From positions 28,895-92,894 of the forward strand of contig JAIPIA010000003.1 of assembly GCA_021734945.1 (NCBI GenBank): a DNA stretch of 64,000 nt, written 5' to 3'. Source of the DNA: Minisyncoccota bacterium (GTDB lineage: Bacteria > Patescibacteriota > Minisyncoccia > Phycocordibacterales > CAIZLB01). The notes under the pieces were generated by a model. The model made no database searches, was not told the DNA's origin, and was given only the letters and a program-made list of their open reading frames with translations. Below are positions 49,801 through 58,404 of this stretch, piece by piece (the first letter of the stretch is position 1; each line of letters starts with the position of its first letter). A program made the position numbers and the translations under genes.

Positions 49801-50182
49801 CGCTGTTCAAAGAATTTACAGCTGATGTAATTGAACGGGCCGAAGTAACAGATGATTTTCCAGCTTCCATCAAAGTGCTTTTAGTACTGGCAAAAACATC
49901 CTGAGCAAGTAACCTGACTTCAGAGGTATTTTTTCCAATTTGCATTAGAGCTTCAGAAGTTGTATTTACAACCTTATCAAAAGTTCCTGAAACCTTATCT
50001 GAAAATACACTTGTTAAACCATTAGAAAACAGACTACTAAAACTAGATACAGAAGAATCCGCAATAACAAATTTGGGTGTAAAAATAGAGAGACTCGCGA
50101 TTAACGCATAGGTAAAAAATTTCTGGATTGTTAAGTTCCAATTTCTCATCTCAGTATGTATATTTATATTACACCAAGACAA
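43868..50182 (-). CDS. Giant (2104 aa) secreted surface protein with a composite architecture.
   Basis: - The signal peptide is LIASLSIFTPKFVIA.
- Repeated blocks read NxSxGTTGMVLxSxGTxxxWVATSTLGISGGGxS.
- YadA-like head motifs are present (IGNQNTVSGQSAVAVGRLNNVS...YNLAIGYGNTV).
- An S74 intramolecular-chaperone domain reads SDIRLKEDIKPIESALDKVMKLQGVTFGWKD...EIGFIAQDVEKIVPELV.
- The C-terminus is a 170-aa Pro/Thr/Ala-rich tail. Confidence 0.75.
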   Translation of the reverse strand: MSWCNINIHTEMRNWNLTIQKFFTYALIASLSIFTPKFVIADSSVSSFSSLFSNGLTSVFSDKVSGTFDKVVNTTSEALMQIGKNTSEVRLLAQDVFASTKSTLMEAGKSSVTSARSITSAVNSLNSVVNENVSKQVSNQSASVSSSINFGLEKMFGFAIDKTADVLTPFFIKNESIATSIIVNNFSSKSTSTQQISTPSKTSTSVSPSVIQGITPKINQSVQPVQNKNIVSVNLYASPLVQNILARLYQLETQSTNRTTTQEITQNFYNTYTGGSAYTVPADTSRSTAASINAAVAPLAEQISQLSGGSSYSNIFASIVATSTATSTFVGPITSDNTITASVFYGDGSQLTGISAGASFSTSTTRAAFSTIATGLTYDNSTGITSLTSGYNIPLNASTTEWASSIASIAGLTSTTNTLNASTTALSASTTNLSVFYQTPSTRITAGTGLAWSGNTLNSTGVTSIGGFSGAVATSSFSTSDFIEGSNLYFTNTRADARVNEVLSATTSLPNITTLAGLTSASTLATVGTLTSGSIGSGFGNINIGSNTFTGNGSGITSLSATNISSGVLAIARGGTGTTTAPSLGQLLLGNASGGYNLVATSSLGITGSQWTTSGANISFTSGNVGISGNLGINTTSPQAQLDLGGSLGPKLLVYGTNGTPSYFAGLGMTLGQGTASLGVFTGAASDFTVDQSTTLVSYPYPSYTTKFIVKAGTGDVGIGTTTPTARLAITGNAGTTDLLNLASSTNASLFKIGATGATYFNNSAGTTGMVLLSSGTGSAPTWVATSTLGISGGGGSLTGTTGQFAFFSGTDTAVGTSTLFLSNGNIGIGTTTPASALSVVGAGNFTSNLTTGGVLNVLGTGTSTITTDVLLSGDLIPGVDDTYRLGTPSRMWRDVYIGPGSLYVNGQKVLQTDNSNNVTVTADSNQNLVFKSAGTGDLELNPSGTGQILLKGNLRLSAGKTITTSDATPIALTNGADLGFLRIAGNTITPTNLNGGITIAATGTGGVYFTQGNVGIATTSPSFPLTVAGDINFTGALRANGSSGTTGMVLLSNGTSAPTWVATSTLGISGGGASPWTTSGSDIYYTTGKVSIGTSTQTAAVLTLAGSLSVASSTNGSVIIGAVDGNSRGSLSLDIQSQHVSADKVASGIESVAVGLNNLTSGQYGVTVGRYNSVTGTYGTALGTDNSAWQYSASIGNQNTVSGQSAVAVGRLNNVSAEAGAAYGMQNSVSGAGYNLAIGYGNTVTAGSATVIGNSITNTIATTVMIGPNDASKITIASTGLGLGTTTPSQKLSIAGNMQLTGALFDSSNASGTAGMVLQTTGTGTQWVATSTLGISGGGGSLSGGTDGYLARWTSSSALSTGLLLDNGTVSGVNATSSTYTFNVQGSSGVNPFNVASSTGTSLFSVLANGNVGIGTTTPATKLAVVGGANFLGPILGGVSGLGDFVQFSETFDGSSVSTANWTVTGSSATLVSGALRFLGAGSYTSEGLTSTQSYRRASSTTLTADVTATSVVVVGFSSATALAYTNMPHAIFFSNDGNLYIYQNGSQIGGSVGTWTGGAPYKIKISLSPNGASYYISSNAGDTWTRLYDGTASGVTNSPLYVRYIAMGGAYSTIDNISVSSGQDVLSASGFFDKNLTIGRGDLFVNLGKVGLGIVTGSTAPWAKLSIQQAFGSTTPLFDIASTTSAGFATSSLFIVGANGNVGIGSSTPYAKLTVVGESYADLFTSGSTTATSTFAGGLNVGNGALTYNWASGLTNIANASLGAMTFESDSGMISWVDMPVTSASASGTVQSYTAQLGGNPMLTVYGLSNGAGAVNTLRLGVGTTTPVSAFSVVGTINATNLVGGASLSADANGNIILTPSDIRLKEDIKPIESALDKVMKLQGVTFGWKDKLRFGSSTEIGFIAQDVEKIVPELVRDGGEYKSLNYANMVALVVEAVKDLKTRVDAILGWFSPKGDRINIKGMVCVDDVCVSKDQFKQMLLNSGSVMVIPQTSAPAPTPPVTTTSSVPPTPSTETTVTPDSNPDTTSADESSTSDVTTTSSSDTIPASDPAPVDTPTPEVAPEPTPTPVAEPVSAPTPNPAPAPDPAPAVTPAPASDGSVQ
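46100..48000. repeat. Intragenic tandem repeats of about 820 bp (at least three copies) within the giant gene.
   Basis: The near-identical segments are 46175-46250, 46975-47055 and 47815-47895 (CCAAGYGTWGATGTMGCYACCCA...GAAAGGAGYACCATACC). Confidence 0.6.
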
Positions 50183-50224
50183 GCCCTTTTAATACTGAAT
50201 TACCCACAGTTTAAAAGGTTTTTT

Positions 50225-52003
50225 CTACTTTGTTGCAATAATTTTAAGAATTTCTTCTTTTGCAATAGCGGGATTTACAGACCCTTTACTCAACTTCATA
50301 ATCTGACCAACGAAAAACTGTAATGACGCCTCTTTTCCAGCCTTATAACTCGCAAGTACTGTAGGATTTGAGTCAATCACTTCATTAATCATCTTTTTGA
50401 GAGCTTCTGGATCATTTTTTATGATAAATCCTTTTTCTTCGGCAATTTGTTTTGGATTTTTTGCAGAAATATCTTCAATCACAGCTTGGTCATCACTCCA
50501 AAACATAGCAATTAAATCTTTAGCACCACGAGAAGAAAGTTCCCCTGCTTTAAGCATTGAAATAATTTCTGCGAATGCTTTTGCATTAATTTTTATACTT
50601 TCTTCACCAGTTTTTTTCACTAAACCAGCGATATCAGATGTGATGTAATTTATTCCAAGTTTTACTTTTTCTTTTTCACCATTTTTATTATTTTTATCAT
50701 TTCCACCCGCGTTATCTTCTCCAGAAATGCGCGTAAATTCTTCAAAAAATTTTCTGAACATTTCATTCTGTACAAACATCTCAGCATCCTCTTCTTTCAT
50801 TTCAAACTCATTCAAATATTTTGCTCGACGCTCCCATGGCAACATTGGCAATTTTGCTTTTATAGTTTCCAAATTAAATTCTGGAATTTCACTAATAAAA
50901 AGTTTTGGCAAATCAGGATCTGGAAAATATCGATAGTCATGTGAGTCCTCTTTTGCTCTTTGTGAAAAAGTTTTTCCAGTTGTTTCATCAAAACCTCGAG
51001 TCTCTTGTACTATAAAAAGTCCTGCTTTTTTGAGCTCATCAGTGAGTTTATTTCGTTGCGCTTTTTGCTCATCTGTAAGATCGCCTTTTTCAATATATCC
51101 AAGTTTTACAACATCAATAATACCCTTAGAAATAAGGTCTTTTTTGAAAATTTCTGCACGCTCAAGTATGTCGATATGTCGCGCAAGTTCGAACTCAATA
51201 GCACGCTCAGCGGATCTAAAAGAGTTAAGATTTTTTACTTCAACTTTTCTACCAAAATGTTTGAAATCATATGGAAAATCATGCGCACGGGGATCTGTTG
51301 AAACTGACATATTAGCTTCAACTCGCATTTCACCTTTTTCCATATTTGCGTCACCTACCCCTAATTCCCGTAAAAGTAATTGCAATTCTTTTGCAAAATT
51401 TCCCGCTGTCTTTGCATCATGAATTACAGGTTCTGTAACAAGCTCCATGAGTGGCACACCAGCACGATTAAAATCAACCAAACTATACGACTGACCGTTT
51501 GCATCTTGTGGATGATCATGTGACGAACTTGCTGTATCTTCTTCAAGATGAATACGAGTTAATTTTACTTCATTGTCACCGATTTTAAGTGAACCATTTT
51601 TTACGAGTGGATATGCGTACTGACTAATCTGATACCCTTTTGGAATATCTGGATAAAAATAGTTTTTTCGATCCCATTCTGTATAGTCTGCAATGTCAGC
51701 ACCTACAGCTGTACCCACACGAATCACATGCTTGATTGCAGCCTTATTGAGGACCGGCAAAGTTCCCGGATGACCCATACACACTGCACAAATATTTTTA
51801 TTTTGTTGCGGTTCATCTGGATTGTTTCGACAAGAACAAAACATCTTTGACTCCGTCTTAAGTTCCGCATGAATCTCAAGACCGATAACAGGATAATACA
51901 CAGTACCTGACGGACCTGTTATTATCTTACTTTTTTTAGCTTCAGCTATTACTTCTGTCGCCACCTCTGTCGCTTCGTTTTTTGTATCGTTTCGAATCTC
52001 CAT
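50225..52003 (-). CDS. gatB: Asp-tRNA(Asn)/Glu-tRNA(Gln) amidotransferase subunit B, with insertions.
   Basis: GLEIHAELKTESKMFCSCRN...CAVCMGHPGTLP, plus the C-terminal GatB/YqeY domain. It carries Lys/Glu-rich insertions and is 592 aa long. Confidence 0.8.
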   Translation of the reverse strand: MEIRNDTKNEATEVATEVIAEAKKSKIITGPSGTVYYPVIGLEIHAELKTESKMFCSCRNNPDEPQQNKNICAVCMGHPGTLPVLNKAAIKHVIRVGTAVGADIADYTEWDRKNYFYPDIPKGYQISQYAYPLVKNGSLKIGDNEVKLTRIHLEEDTASSSHDHPQDANGQSYSLVDFNRAGVPLMELVTEPVIHDAKTAGNFAKELQLLLRELGVGDANMEKGEMRVEANMSVSTDPRAHDFPYDFKHFGRKVEVKNLNSFRSAERAIEFELARHIDILERAEIFKKDLISKGIIDVVKLGYIEKGDLTDEQKAQRNKLTDELKKAGLFIVQETRGFDETTGKTFSQRAKEDSHDYRYFPDPDLPKLFISEIPEFNLETIKAKLPMLPWERRAKYLNEFEMKEEDAEMFVQNEMFRKFFEEFTRISGEDNAGGNDKNNKNGEKEKVKLGINYITSDIAGLVKKTGEESIKINAKAFAEIISMLKAGELSSRGAKDLIAMFWSDDQAVIEDISAKNPKQIAEEKGFIIKNDPEALKKMINEVIDSNPTVLASYKAGKEASLQFFVGQIMKLSKGSVNPAIAKEEILKIIATK

Positions 52004-52015
52004 AGTTTTAGTTTA

Positions 52016-53230
52016 CTATTTCTTATTAGTCCTAGCTTTCGCAGAATTTGTTTTTGTATTCGCAGATTTTGTACTTACCTTACCTCCCACCTTAGCATCC
52101 TTGATTGATTTTACAACTCTTGGTTTTCGAGCTTGTTTTTTCATTGCTTTAGCGGTTTTTTGAGATCCCTTAGTATCATCAAAATCGCCAATCATATCCG
52201 CATCTTCATTATGAGTATCTGCGATTTCCTTTGCATTATTTTCTGCAAATTCTTTAGTCAAAAAATCAGACAGCTTTTTAAGCGAATCAATATCATACAC
52301 CGAAACTGTGAGCACATCTTTATCTTTCCATTCCTTAATATTTTTCTTTGCATCGGCAACTTTTTTTGCGAGTTCAGTTGGCATACACACATCTGTTTTA
52401 GTAAGTAAAATAACCTCTTTTTTACCAACCATATCTGGATGATAATCTTCAAGTTCTTTTCGGATAGTCTTATATACAGATTGAATTTCTTCAACAGTTC
52501 CATGTTCAAGTGAGATGCAATGGAAAAGCATTTTTGTACGCTTGATGTGTCGGAGGAATTTGTGACCAAGACCTCTACCTTCTGATGCACCCTCTATGAG
52601 ACCTGGAATATCTGCTAGTACATAGTTGTATAGAGCACCAAGATTTGGTTCGAGTGTTGTGAACTGATACGCACCAACTTTTGCATGTGCTTTTGTAAGC
52701 GCATTTAGGAGTGAAGTTTTTCCGGCATTTGGCAAACCTATGAGTCCCGCATCAGCAATGAGTTCAACTTCGATATAAAATTCACCCTCTTCCCCATTTT
52801 TTCCAGGGGTCCATTCTTCAGGAGTTTGATTTGTAGAAGATTTGAAACGTTCATTTCCAAGACCTCCGTTTCCACCTTTCAAAATCATAATCTCTTGCCC
52901 CTCTTTGTCGAGCTTATAAATTTCTTTTGTGAAATTATTTGTAATCACACTTCCGATTGGTAAGTCGATATACATATCTTCGCCGTTTCCACCGTGCTTG
53001 CTGTTATTGCCACCTGCCTCACCATTTGGAGCATTGAACTCCTTGATGTTCTTGTATCGTGCGAGGAGCGTAGTATCACGAACAGATCTCACATACACAT
53101 GAGCGCCTCGTCCACCGTCACCACCTGATGGACCACCAAACTCCTTAAATTTTTCATGCAGCCACCGAACAACGCCGTTTCCACCACGTCCCGCTCGCAC
53201 ATGTACTGTCATTTCATCGATAAAAGCCAT
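52016..53230 (-). CDS. obg: GTPase Obg.
   Basis: The Obg fold N-terminus is MAFIDEMTVHVRAGRGGNGVVRW...GGDGGRG. G-domain motifs GLPNAGKTSL and DIPG are present. The C-terminal tail is Lys-rich. Confidence 0.85.
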   Translation of the reverse strand: MAFIDEMTVHVRAGRGGNGVVRWLHEKFKEFGGPSGGDGGRGAHVYVRSVRDTTLLARYKNIKEFNAPNGEAGGNNSKHGGNGEDMYIDLPIGSVITNNFTKEIYKLDKEGQEIMILKGGNGGLGNERFKSSTNQTPEEWTPGKNGEEGEFYIEVELIADAGLIGLPNAGKTSLLNALTKAHAKVGAYQFTTLEPNLGALYNYVLADIPGLIEGASEGRGLGHKFLRHIKRTKMLFHCISLEHGTVEEIQSVYKTIRKELEDYHPDMVGKKEVILLTKTDVCMPTELAKKVADAKKNIKEWKDKDVLTVSVYDIDSLKKLSDFLTKEFAENNAKEIADTHNEDADMIGDFDDTKGSQKTAKAMKKQARKPRVVKSIKDAKVGGKVSTKSANTKTNSAKARTNKK

Positions 53231-53252
53231 ATATAGTGAAGACTATATCATA

Positions 53253-53492
53253 TTATATGATAAATAGTGAGAAAAATGTTGCTCGAACCGTTCGGGAGGT
53301 ACACCCAAGCTTTGCATTGAGTGTTTTAAAAAATGATACGTGCAAATACTCGACACCAACAACCTTTCCTCTATAATCTATATCTATGAGCATGCGTCGC
53401 CCCAAAAGATTCATAGGTTTTGTACGCGAGATACCCCCTTTTCTCAACTTTAAATAATAACTTCCAGTTGTTATATCGTGAGTAAGTCTCAT
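53253..53492 (-). CDS. DUF2283-like small protein.
   Basis: The YYLKL...IDIDYRGKVVGVEYL pattern resembles DUF2283, an antitoxin-like family. No partner gene is adjacent. Confidence 0.35.
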   Translation of the reverse strand: MRLTHDITTGSYYLKLRKGGISRTKPMNLLGRRMLIDIDYRGKVVGVEYLHVSFFKTLNAKLGCTSRTVRATFFSLFII

Positions 53493-53594
53493 GTTTTATA
53501 TGACGTGATTATGATGTGTTAAATTATATTCACAGCACTGACAATAGTACTGACAGGGGTTCAATTTTCGATAAAGTTTTTATAAAATCAAAGA

Positions 53595-53623
53595 TTGCCA
53601 AAAAAACTGCTTTCTGCTAACAT
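53595..53623 (+). promoter_or_regulatory. Sigma70-type promoter upstream of secG.
   Basis: TTGCCA at 53595-53600, a 17-nt spacer, then TAACAT at 53618-53623. The ATG is at 53635, so the mRNA would be almost leaderless. Confidence 0.4.
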
Positions 53624-53634
53624 GGGTATCAACG

Positions 53635-53865
53635 ATGGAAATCAAAGCCATTTTACCTATTATACAAATTGTCCTAGCCGTACTTCTCACGGTAGCTGTT
53701 TTATTTCAGCAATCTGAAGCTGGTGCTGGAGGAGCTTTTGGTGGCAGTGATTCTGTTTCGTCATGGAGAACAAGACGAGGATTCGAAAAAGTTTTGTTTA
53801 CAGGAACTATTGTCTTAGCAATACTCTTTGTAGTATCTGCCCTTTTGGCTTTGGTTCAATTCTAG
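53635..53865 (+). CDS. secG: Preprotein translocase subunit SecG.
   Basis: Two TM helices flank a Gly-rich loop (LFQQSEAGAGGAFGGSDSVSS...GFEKVLF), the typical SecG pattern. Confidence 0.7.
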   Translation: MEIKAILPIIQIVLAVLLTVAVLFQQSEAGAGGAFGGSDSVSSWRTRRGFEKVLFTGTIVLAILFVVSALLALVQF

Positions 53866-54053
53866 TTTCCCCGTTTACTACAGCTTTTCAGATTTTTATA
53901 TCTAGATTTAGACTCAACAATCTTCCCTGCTATTCTATCAAGTCAGAACTCCTCTCAAATTCTCTATTCTAATAAGCCGTGCAATTATATTGTGTTCTTT
54001 CCGCACGGTGAATAGTATTTCAAAAAACTATTAGTATCTAAATAATAATTACA

Positions 54054-56135
54054 TTGAATTCAAATCCTATTCCACAAGACGGTGATATTAAGACTGATGA
54101 GGAGTTTACTGAAAATATTGGTACTGGCAACAAACAACAAACTCCCGTACAGAAAAAACCTAGAGCACCACGAAAAAAGAAAATTCAAAATGTAATTGAT
54201 GTACCTGAAATCTCTCCAGTTGTTATTACTCCTATCGACACATCCACTACGAGCATTTCTAATATCGTTCCTAACACTGACACACCCACTATCGAAACTC
54301 TACCTGTTAAAAATATAATTGAGACAAAAAAGTCTTCATTTTTGAAGCTTTCAGAAAAAATAAAGTTACTTTATAGATCGTTCCGTCCAACTGAAAAACT
54401 TATTTTCAGTATTGCACTAGCTACACTCATTTTTAGTTCACTTTCTCTACTTGGAAAAGTTAATGATTTGTATTCAGTAGAACTACCTACAAAAGGTGGA
54501 ACATATACTGAGGGAGTTATCGGCTACGCACGTTTTATTAATCCACTATTAGGATACACAGACGCAGACCGAGACATGATTAGTTTGATTTACTCTGGAC
54601 TTCTGAAGCCTACTCCAGAAGGTAAACTCGTTGCAGACCTAGCTCAGTCATGGACCGTTTCTGATGATGGGCTTACATATACGTTTATATTAAAAGATGG
54701 ACTTACATTTCATGATGGTAAACCTCTTACGACAGACGATATAGAATTCACAGTTCAAAAAGCTCAAGATCCTCTTATTAAAAGTCCACGTGCAGAAAAT
54801 TGGGCTGGAGTTACAATGGAAAAAGTTAGTCCAACTGAGATAAAGTTTATTCTTAAGAAACCTTACTCACCTTTTTTAGAAAATATGACTTTGGGAATTT
54901 TACCAAAACATATATGGTCAAATATCGAGCATGAAGCCTTCGATATAAATACATACAACAGAGAGCCAATTGGTTCTGGACCATTCAAAATCAAGAAAGC
55001 ATATCGAAATGATACAGGGATCTACGAGTATTATGATTTGGTGCCTTTTGAAAATTATAGTTTGGGTGCGCCATATATAAGTCACTTTTTTGTAAAGTTC
55101 TACAAAGGCGAAGACGAGGCTTTGGCTGCATATAAAAATGGGTCAGTAAGTGCACTTGGAGGCGTATCACCTGCTGATGCTAATGCTCTCAAAATGAAAA
55201 AGAATTCTCTTATAAGCACTCCTTTACCTCGAGTATTTGGGCTGTTTTTCAACCAAAGCAATGCTCCAGTTTTAGTCAATAAAGAAGTTAGAGAAGCACT
55301 CAATGCATCTATTAATAGACTTTCACTTATTGATTCTATCCTTCAGGGCTGGGGTGCTGTCTCGAAAAATGCGATTCCTCGAAGCCTATCCCACAATCAA
55401 GAAATCTCACATGACACAACATCGAGTTCAAGCTCAAACACTCCATCTGATGCCACAAACTCGACATCAACAGAAAACACTCTGATTAATGATCAATATA
55501 TTGCAGCCGGAAGAAAAATATTGACTGACAAAGGGTGGAAACAGAATGCAGACGGTATTTTTGAAAAGCAGACAAAATCAGGAAAGACAACAGAGACTCA
55601 AATCCTCCGATTTACAATCTCGACCTCTAATGTACCTGAACTTAAACAGTCAGCTGAGATATTGAGAGACACATGGACAAAACTTGGTGCAGATGTTAAA
55701 GTAGAGATATTCGAACCATCTGACCTGACTCAAAAGGTTATCCGTCCCCGAAAATATGATTCTCTTCTTTTCGGAAACGTTGTCGGACGAGACCTCGACC
55801 TCTATCCTTTTTGGCACTCTTCACAAAGAAATGACCCAGGATTAAATATTGCGTTATATACCAATATAAAGGCAGATAAGGCACTCGAAACTATCAGAAA
55901 TACTTCAGACGAAGTAAAAAAAGCAGATGCCTATAAAGTCTTTGAGAATGAAATTCAAAACGATATTCCAGCTGTGTTTCTCTACTCCCCTGACTATATT
56001 TACGCCACAAGCAAAGACATTCACAATCTAGAAATTTCCAATATTACCAACCCCGCAGAACGTTTTATGGATGTTCAGTCATGGTATATAGAAACTGAAA
56101 AAGTTTGGAAAATATTTGAAAAGCAAAAAATTTAA
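54054..56135 (+). CDS. Solute-binding protein family 5 (OppA/DppA-like), with an N-terminal cytoplasmic extension and a TM anchor.
   Basis: The first 110 aa are low-complexity Lys/Pro/Thr-rich. A TM segment (LIFSIALATLIFSSLSLL) follows, then an SBP_bac_5-like body. No cognate permease or ATPase genes are nearby. Confidence 0.6.
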   Translation: MNSNPIPQDGDIKTDEEFTENIGTGNKQQTPVQKKPRAPRKKKIQNVIDVPEISPVVITPIDTSTTSISNIVPNTDTPTIETLPVKNIIETKKSSFLKLSEKIKLLYRSFRPTEKLIFSIALATLIFSSLSLLGKVNDLYSVELPTKGGTYTEGVIGYARFINPLLGYTDADRDMISLIYSGLLKPTPEGKLVADLAQSWTVSDDGLTYTFILKDGLTFHDGKPLTTDDIEFTVQKAQDPLIKSPRAENWAGVTMEKVSPTEIKFILKKPYSPFLENMTLGILPKHIWSNIEHEAFDINTYNREPIGSGPFKIKKAYRNDTGIYEYYDLVPFENYSLGAPYISHFFVKFYKGEDEALAAYKNGSVSALGGVSPADANALKMKKNSLISTPLPRVFGLFFNQSNAPVLVNKEVREALNASINRLSLIDSILQGWGAVSKNAIPRSLSHNQEISHDTTSSSSSNTPSDATNSTSTENTLINDQYIAAGRKILTDKGWKQNADGIFEKQTKSGKTTETQILRFTISTSNVPELKQSAEILRDTWTKLGADVKVEIFEPSDLTQKVIRPRKYDSLLFGNVVGRDLDLYPFWHSSQRNDPGLNIALYTNIKADKALETIRNTSDEVKKADAYKVFENEIQNDIPAVFLYSPDYIYATSKDIHNLEISNITNPAERFMDVQSWYIETEKVWKIFEKQKI

Positions 56136-56294
56136 ATAAAGGAAGATTAAAATTTAAGTATGCCAAGCACGATCTTGAAGATCGAATTATAAAAAAATTA
56201 ACAAATAGAAAAAGTGTTTTACTAAAGGACGGTCTGGCTAAGGGAACGCTTATGCCAAAAGCGAACTGAGGTACACACAATTTCACAAAATCAA

Positions 56295-58397
56295 ATGAAC
56301 GACAGACGACCTTTCCACGGACGACCACAATACGGTAATAACTCCGGAGGACAAAGAAATAACAGAATAGATAACAGACCTATCATTGCCCCTATTGGGC
56401 AAAGTGCTTCTGTGTCTACATCTTCAAGCCCAAGAACAACACCTATCAACACAACAAATATTGCACCAACAAACACCGGAACAACATCGAACTCAGTAAA
56501 TCACACTGATGCTTTAAATGAATTCAAGGGTTTAGAATCTGAACAGCCGACAACAGCTCCAAAATCAACTACCCCAACTTCAGCACCTAAGACTGCTGGA
56601 CATGGTAATCGTGGCATTATGAATCGAAACCGACCAATGCGACGGCCTGAACCGCCACAAAAGAGTCTCATTAACACTCTTACAAAGCCAGCAGAAAGTG
56701 GTCACCTTCCACTTGTTGCACCTGGAAATATCCGAATCATTCCACTTGGTGGAGTTGAAAAAATCGGTATGAATATGACAGCTATCGAAATTGGTGAAGA
56801 CATTATTGTTATAGATGCTGGTTTTGCATTCACAGAAGAAAGCACTCCTGGTATTGATTACATTTTACCAAACACAAAATATCTCGAGGAGAGAAAATCA
56901 CGAGTAAAAGCTATTATTATTACTCATGGTCACCTCGATCACATTGGAGGTATTCCTTACATCATGGATCGTATTGGAAATCCACCAATGTATACACGAA
57001 ATCTCACAGCTCTTATGGTGAAGAAGCGACAATCTGAATTCCCTCACCTCGAACCTATCGACTTCAAAATCGTAGAGCAAAATGACCGAATAAAAATCGG
57101 TGGTATTTCTGTACAATTCTTTGGAATTACTCACACTATCCCAGACTGTATTGGTATTGCTATCGAAACACCATATGGGTATGTAGTAACTCCTGGTGAC
57201 TTCAAACTTGATCACGTTGACGAAGAACCAACAGCAGAAGAAGTAAAATCATATTCATTTTTTGATGATAAAAAAGTTCTTGCTCTTCTTGCCGATTCTA
57301 CAAACATTGAAAACCCTGGATTCTCAACTCCAGAGCGTCTCGTACTCGAAAACTTAGACAGTATTATTCGTGATACAAAAGGACGAATGATTGTAGGTAT
57401 GTTTGCCTCTCACTTCCACCGAATTGCTAAGATCGTAGAATCTTCAGAAAAATATGGTAAGAAAGTTCTTATTGAAGGACGAAGTATGAAAAACAACATC
57501 GACATTGCTATCCAATCAGGCATGCTTGTTGTTAAAAAAGGTACCCTTATCGCTCCACAAGAGATCGACAACTTCCCTCCTGACAAAGTAGTAGTACTCG
57601 CAACAGGTGCACAAGGTGACGAATTTGCAGCTCTCATGAGAATGGCATCTGGTAACTACAAACATTTCAAACTTTCAAACAGAGATACTATTCTCCTTTC
57701 TGCTTCTATTATTCCAGGAAATGAAAAGGCCGTAGATAAACTCAAAGATAAGATTGCTCGAACAGGCGCTCGAATTATTCACTATCGAACATCGGAAGTT
57801 TTCATTCACTCAACAGGACATGCAAACCGAGGTGAACTCGAATGGCTCCACAAAAAACTCAAGCCACGATTCTTTATTCCTATTCACGGAACACACTACA
57901 AACTCCGACAACACGCCGAACTTGCTATGCAACTTGGCATGCCAGCAGATCACATAGTAGTACCTGATAACGGAACTATTATTGAAATTCGAGAAGAAGG
58001 TACAAAACTTGTGCGTATGGCTGAAAAGGCCCCTGACAATGTTGTTATGGTAGACGGATTTACTATTGGTGATATTCAGGATGTTGTTATCCGAGATCGA
58101 CAAGTACTCTCATCTGACGGTATCTTCGTTGTCATCGCACTTATCAATGCGTCTACAGGTAAACTCAAGAAGTCTCCTGACATTATTTCACGAGGTTCTG
58201 TATATCTCCGAGAATCACAAGATCTCCTCCGAGAAACACGTCATCTTGTAAAATATGTAGTAGAACAAAATACTGAGAACATGCACCCTATCAATATTGA
58301 CTATATTAAGGACGTCGTATCCGAAGCTTTGAGTAAATTCATCTTCCAACACACTGCAAAGCGACCTATTGTGATTCCAGTGATGATTTGTGTATAA
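56295..58397 (+). CDS. rnj: Ribonuclease J, with an N-terminal low-complexity extension of about 130 aa.
   Basis: The metallo-beta-lactamase motif is ITHGHLDHIGGIPY. The beta-CASP and C-terminal domains are present. The N-terminal 130 aa are Asn/Thr/Pro/Arg-rich. Confidence 0.85.
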   Translation: MNDRRPFHGRPQYGNNSGGQRNNRIDNRPIIAPIGQSASVSTSSSPRTTPINTTNIAPTNTGTTSNSVNHTDALNEFKGLESEQPTTAPKSTTPTSAPKTAGHGNRGIMNRNRPMRRPEPPQKSLINTLTKPAESGHLPLVAPGNIRIIPLGGVEKIGMNMTAIEIGEDIIVIDAGFAFTEESTPGIDYILPNTKYLEERKSRVKAIIITHGHLDHIGGIPYIMDRIGNPPMYTRNLTALMVKKRQSEFPHLEPIDFKIVEQNDRIKIGGISVQFFGITHTIPDCIGIAIETPYGYVVTPGDFKLDHVDEEPTAEEVKSYSFFDDKKVLALLADSTNIENPGFSTPERLVLENLDSIIRDTKGRMIVGMFASHFHRIAKIVESSEKYGKKVLIEGRSMKNNIDIAIQSGMLVVKKGTLIAPQEIDNFPPDKVVVLATGAQGDEFAALMRMASGNYKHFKLSNRDTILLSASIIPGNEKAVDKLKDKIARTGARIIHYRTSEVFIHSTGHANRGELEWLHKKLKPRFFIPIHGTHYKLRQHAELAMQLGMPADHIVVPDNGTIIEIREEGTKLVRMAEKAPDNVVMVDGFTIGDIQDVVIRDRQVLSSDGIFVVIALINASTGKLKKSPDIISRGSVYLRESQDLLRETRHLVKYVVEQNTENMHPINIDYIKDVVSEALSKFIFQHTAKRPIVIPVMICV

Positions 58398-58404
58398 TTA
58401 GTGA

